NCBI GenBank assembly: GCA_039811685.1
Contig: JBDHZC010000001.1
Coordinates: 909,404 to 973,403, forward strand
From: Armatimonadota bacterium
GTDB lineage: Bacteria > Armatimonadota > UBA5829 > DSUL01
Direction of reading: 5' to 3'
DNA length: 64,000 bases
Below are positions 60,301-64,000 of this stretch, piece by piece. Position numbers and translations under genes: made by a program. The notes beneath the pieces were generated by a model that saw only the letters and a list, made by a program, of their open reading frames with translations, was not told the origin of the DNA and searched no databases. Every line of letters starts with the position of its first letter. The first letter of the stretch is position 1.

Positions 60301-61629
60301 TTGAAGAGCATTGCGACAATTGTAGCTGGGTTGGCATTCCTTAGCGCGGGTTTGGCCTCGCTGCCTGCCTACGCTGAGCCTCATTGCGACCGGGCCTATG
60401 ACGCGGCCCAGATGGCGTTTGCCGTCACGCCTGCCCAGGCTGAGGATCTGGTGCGGGCCTGGCGCCAGATTAGCGACATGGAGCTTGAACTGAAGGGCGT
60501 CGAATTTCCGGAAGACTTCGCACCGGCCTACGCCTTCGAATCTCAGCAGCCACACGAGCACTTCAAGGTGGACACGGAGACAGGGGAGATTGTCGGCTGG
60601 TCGGATCCGGAAGCCGCGGACATATACGAAAGCAATCTGAACGGGGGACTGCCGCCGGAGACCAAGCTTTCACAAGCAGCGCAGGCCGCCGCCTCAGCGC
60701 AGTTCCTGAGCGTACACTACCCGCAGTTCAACTTCGGACTTATGGTGCGGACCTGTCCTGAATGCAACGTTTGGCGCAAACGCACGGCGGCGGGGGTGTG
60801 GATACTCCGAGACTATGGCGTTGTAGTGGTCGATGAGTGGACGGGGGCGCCGACGTGGTACCGCGGACGGTATCGTACGGCGCCTGTCAGCGTCCCCACG
60901 CCAGCAGTCGGTCAGAGGGATGCCGCAGTCATTGCGCTTGATGCCTGCGGCGCCATCGAAGGCGCAGCGGTTGCGTTCGCCACTGAGAGCCTCGATCTCA
61001 TGCTGCGCGAAGACGAGCTGGGTGGGCAGCGCCTCGTCTACGCCTTCACGATCGCCGTGCACAGCGACCCCACCTACACGGCTCAGGACTACGAAGCAGA
61101 AACTTCGGGCGGTGCGCCAAGTTCCGCGGCTATCGTGAGCGTGGAAGTGGACGCCGTGACGGGCGAAATGTCCGATCTGGACTATTCCGGCCCGCTTGGT
61201 TGGGGTCCGGCGCCAGCGAAGGGCAGGGCCGGCAAGCAGCCATTTCGACGGTTTCTGAATAAGGCGGTACTCACGGAGCCTCAAGCGTTGGGCCTGCCCC
61301 AGCGCGCGCGGCTGTGCGTGTCGCGTCGAGGCACTCTGCTCACTGACTTTTGCTATCCCCCACTCGTCCGAAACGGAGTGTCCTATGTCTACGTCGGATA
61401 CCTGGCGTCGCTAATGCGCGGGACGCTTTCCTGGCAGAACAAGCGGGCCACAATCCGCACCGCCAGCGGCGTTTTCGAGTTCGCATCTGACGAGGCAGCG
61501 CCGGCAAGCGGTCGCCGCGCAGTGAATGTGAAGGGGAGGCTGTTTGTACCGACTGTCGACGCCTGTGCAATCTTGAACGCCAAGGCGGCCTGGGAGAACG
61601 ACGTGAAACGGTTGACGTTGAAGCTGTAG
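60301..61629 (+). CDS. Secreted protein with PepSY-like segment and C-terminal stalk (copper amine oxidase N-terminal-like) domain
   Basis: Signal peptide; VEVDAVTGE; PLVRNG.SYV...L.WQ...and GRLFVP......L.AK..W. Confidence 0.65.
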   Translation: MKSIATIVAGLAFLSAGLASLPAYAEPHCDRAYDAAQMAFAVTPAQAEDLVRAWRQISDMELELKGVEFPEDFAPAYAFESQQPHEHFKVDTETGEIVGWSDPEAADIYESNLNGGLPPETKLSQAAQAAASAQFLSVHYPQFNFGLMVRTCPECNVWRKRTAAGVWILRDYGVVVVDEWTGAPTWYRGRYRTAPVSVPTPAVGQRDAAVIALDACGAIEGAAVAFATESLDLMLREDELGGQRLVYAFTIAVHSDPTYTAQDYEAETSGGAPSSAAIVSVEVDAVTGEMSDLDYSGPLGWGPAPAKGRAGKQPFRRFLNKAVLTEPQALGLPQRARLCVSRRGTLLTDFCYPPLVRNGVSYVYVGYLASLMRGTLSWQNKRATIRTASGVFEFASDEAAPASGRRAVNVKGRLFVPTVDACAILNAKAAWENDVKRLTLKL

Positions 61630-61654
61630 AGGCGGGCGAGCGGGCCGGGTCCTG

Positions 61655-61839
61655 CCGGATGCCGTCACGTTTGCCACAGTTCCAACGCTCAAGCGGGCGC
61701 CGTGATGCCGTCTCCCGTGCGCCGGATTATGAGCCACGTACGAGCTCAGGGTACCAAGAGGTAGCGAAGATGAGACACATACAGTGCTTAGCTTATGCCG
61801 TCGTATTGTTGACTGTCATAGGACCTCGGTGCGCGGCGG
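61655..61839 (+). repeat. 185-bp direct repeat, copy 1 (gene 3' end + intergenic + RBS + signal-peptide codons)
   Basis: Matches 63272-63456 at offset 1617 with 10 mismatches by manual alignment; 61726-61823 is identical. Confidence 0.95.
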
Positions 61840-62078
61840 CCAGTGCGGGCGGAGAGTTCTTTATCGTCAGTGTAGCAAGTCCTGGCTCTACCTGGAATGG
61901 AACGGGCACCTTCTTCCTGACGACGCTGAAAGGCTACACGTGGGAGCACTTCAGGCGTCACACCGATATCACGGACGCAATGATGCTCGACGGCGGCAGC
62001 CGCCATAACCTCGATTCATGGCGGCGCGGCCAGCGGAGCGGGTTCGTCTGTGCATACACATCAGGAGACTCACAATGA
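61770..62078 (+). pseudogene. Signal peptide fused to a C-terminal fragment of a phosphodiester glycosidase (NAGPA)-like domain
   Basis: MRHIQCLAYAVVLLTVIG signal followed by FFIVSV...ITDAMMLDGGS; only 102 aa; stop overlaps the next ATG. Confidence 0.5.
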
Positions 62079-63322
62079 CAGCTATACGTTTCACAGCGGC
62101 GATTCTCGGGTGGCTGGCCTTACTGGCTGGTCCGGCGTTGCCGGATGTCGGGCTGCGTGTATCGACCGACCGGCCAAGCGTATGCGCCGGTGATAAGCTT
62201 TTGCTGCGGGCGGCGCTCGTCAACACGGGCTCGGAGACGGTGCGGTTCATCAAGGCTCTCGAACCGGGCGCCGGGCAGGTCAAACTCAGCGTGACACCAC
62301 CATCCGGCGCCACACGTCCGTATCACTGCCCGGTGGCGTTTGACTGGAGCGGCCCGCCGGCCGGTGGCTGGGCGGCGCTCGGGCGCCCGCTCCAGCCGGG
62401 GCGCGAGTACAGCTGGGTCATCGAGGCCAGCGATGAGGTCGAGGGACGGCTGCTTTCGTCGCCCGGTGATTACACGATCCGTGTGTCGTTCGAGCAGCGT
62501 GACCGCCCCGGCTTGCCGGGAATGACTGCCGTTGCAGCTCCCGTCAGTATCCACGTTGCACCGCGCGCAGCGGCGGACCGGCCGCTGTGCCAGTCAATCG
62601 CCGGCATCGAAGCGAAACTCCTTGGGCGCGACGCAATCGCTTCGCTTGCTGCCTGGCAAGCCGCCCTTCATGATGCCGCCAGCGCCGATCGAACGTTCGA
62701 GGCGCGCGCTCGCCTGGCCGACCAGTGCTGTAGTGTCATGGGCCTCCTGCGGGACGCTGGAGTCGACAACAGGGAAGCGATGGCGTCGCTCGATAGCCTG
62801 TTGCAGGTCACTGATCGGATGCCGGCGACTCTGCGAGAAACCGCGTGGCCGCAGCTGCTGCGCGGGTTCGCGACGGCCGGCGCTCCGAAGCGCGCTGTTG
62901 ACGTGGCGGTCAAAGCTCTAGCGGACCCTGCGCTCACGGACGATGGCCGCGTCCACGCAATGCTGGATCTGAAACAGATCGCCGACGGAAAGCTGACCGG
63001 GCGGCCGGATGGCGCTTTGCCAGGCGCGCTGCATCTGGATGATCCTGTCATACCGCTGGAGAGAGCGGCAGCCGCGCTTGGTGTGCGCGCGGAGGAGACG
63101 AGTGATGGCGTCTCCGTCACTGCCGCAGGGCTCGCAGCGACGCTGCGGGCAGACGCACAGGTGATAACCATCAACGGGCGGCGCTACCCGGGGCAGTGCA
63201 TGCGAGACAGCGGCGCCACGCTGGTGAGTCCCCGCCTGTTTGCGACTCTGCTGGCGTACTACTACGGCGACCCGGGTGCCGTCACGTTTGCCACGGTTCC
63301 AACGCTCGAGCGGGCGCCGTAA
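62075..63322 (+). CDS. Secreted protein: Ig-like N-terminus, helical middle, C-terminal stalk-like domain
   Basis: AGGAG SD with ATG 62075; signal peptide; L.N.G...PG.Y.I.V.F beta-sandwich; IPLE....ALG...ITING. Confidence 0.65.
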   Translation: MTAIRFTAAILGWLALLAGPALPDVGLRVSTDRPSVCAGDKLLLRAALVNTGSETVRFIKALEPGAGQVKLSVTPPSGATRPYHCPVAFDWSGPPAGGWAALGRPLQPGREYSWVIEASDEVEGRLLSSPGDYTIRVSFEQRDRPGLPGMTAVAAPVSIHVAPRAAADRPLCQSIAGIEAKLLGRDAIASLAAWQAALHDAASADRTFEARARLADQCCSVMGLLRDAGVDNREAMASLDSLLQVTDRMPATLRETAWPQLLRGFATAGAPKRAVDVAVKALADPALTDDGRVHAMLDLKQIADGKLTGRPDGALPGALHLDDPVIPLERAAAALGVRAEETSDGVSVTAAGLAATLRADAQVITINGRRYPGQCMRDSGATLVSPRLFATLLAYYYGDPGAVTFATVPTLERAP

Positions 63323-63456
63323 TGCCGTTTCCCGTAAGCCGAATTATGAGCCACGTACGAGCTCAGGGTACCAAGAGGTAGCGAAGATGAGACACATACA
63401 GTGCTTAGCTTATGCCGTCGTATTGTTGACTGTCATAGGAGCACGGTGCGCGGCGG
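63272..63456 (+). repeat. 185-bp direct repeat, copy 2
   Basis: Matches 61655-61839. Confidence 0.95.
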
Positions 63457-64000
63457 GCACGGCGACGGTGGACTGGGTTTCCACCTTTTCGAGTGGTGGG
63501 CTGGATGCCTTCAATGACCTGGCTGTCGATAGTGACGGCAACATCTACGTCGTTGGAGCGAGCGAAGGAAGCGAGGCAGGCCAGAATCTCGGCGGAGCGG
63601 ACGCTATTGTTGTGAAGTACAGCCCGACGGGAGCGCGCCTGGCAAGCGTGCAGTTCGGCACCTCCGCAGACGATGACGCGTGGGATGTGGCTTGTGACGC
63701 TGACGGCTACCTGTACGTACTGTGTCATACGGACGGCGACTTTGACGGCCCAAGTGCTGGGGAGTCGGACTTTGCGGTGGCCAAGTTCACGCCTTCGCTG
63801 AGCATGGTCTGGAAGCGGCAGTTCGGTTCGGCGGAGCCGGAGTACTCAGGCGGGATTGCAGTTGCGCCGAATGGCCACATCTGGTTCTGCGGGGTTACAG
63901 ATGGCCGTGTCTTCGGCGAAACACCAGCGGAGATCTACGAGGAGTCCATTGTCGTCGAGATGGGTCCGAATGGCGATGTGCTCCAGGCGGTTCAGTTGCA
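63387..64000 (+). CDS. Secreted SBBP-repeat beta-propeller protein (3' truncated by window; absent from the ORF track)
   Basis: Open from ATG 63387: MRHIQCLAY...DLAVDSDGNIYVVG...GGADAIVVKYSP.G...QFGTSADD.A.DVA.D.DG.LYV...W.RQFGS. Confidence 0.85.
   Translation, partial: MRHIQCLAYAVVLLTVIGARCAAGTATVDWVSTFSSGGLDAFNDLAVDSDGNIYVVGASEGSEAGQNLGGADAIVVKYSPTGARLASVQFGTSADDDAWDVACDADGYLYVLCHTDGDFDGPSAGESDFAVAKFTPSLSMVWKRQFGSAEPEYSGGIAVAPNGHIWFCGVTDGRVFGETPAEIYEESIVVEMGPNGDVLQAVQL

Noticed and set aside
59895..60311. 139-aa N-terminal extension of the beta-barrel ORF
   Set aside because: The signal peptide and a G-rich SD-like sequence point to ATG 59894; the extension looks non-coding and overlaps the divergent gene.
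61655..63456. Diversity-generating retroelement TR/VR pair
   Set aside because: Mismatches go in both directions and include non-adenine changes (C/T, C/G); the repeat covers intergenic DNA and a signal peptide; no reverse transcriptase is in the window.

Overview
A gene-dense, roughly 58-60% GC (by eye) bacterial chromosomal window. It is most likely from Armatimonadota; this is inferred from a C-terminal module shared by two secreted enzymes and from gene content, not from a marker gene. Contents in order: a 5'-truncated secreted metallophosphoesterase; a glycan-use operon (beta-helix GH141-like enzyme, (alpha/alpha)6 glycosidase-like protein, rhaM, creatininase-family protein, sialate O-acetylesterase); a long minus-strand housekeeping run (MBL hydrolase, SAM hydrolase, serA, MFS, DUF255 thioredoxin protein, iscS, wzm/wzt, a Trm112-AroQ fusion, Xaa-Pro peptidase); a subtilase; a sugar-alcohol dehydrogenase and rbsK; MscS; a solo Cas4/RecB-like nuclease; a stand-alone quinol-dependent NO reductase; a transpeptidase-SpoIID-AMMECR1 trio; an orphan NarL-type regulator with a Cys-rich insert; rhaA; tRNA-Ala(GGC); a 1296-aa secreted glycosidase-like protein; an archaeal-adenylate-kinase-like/nucleoside-deoxyribosyltransferase-like fusion next to decayed low-GC DNA; a TPP-dehydrogenase E1/VOC/SDR/MBL/GH2 catabolic cluster; and a GC-rich block of secreted proteins containing a 185-bp direct repeat that reuses one RBS and signal peptide for two different passengers. 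I saw no CRISPR array, integrase, transposase or rRNA. All calls come from motif recognition by eye; no searches were run.
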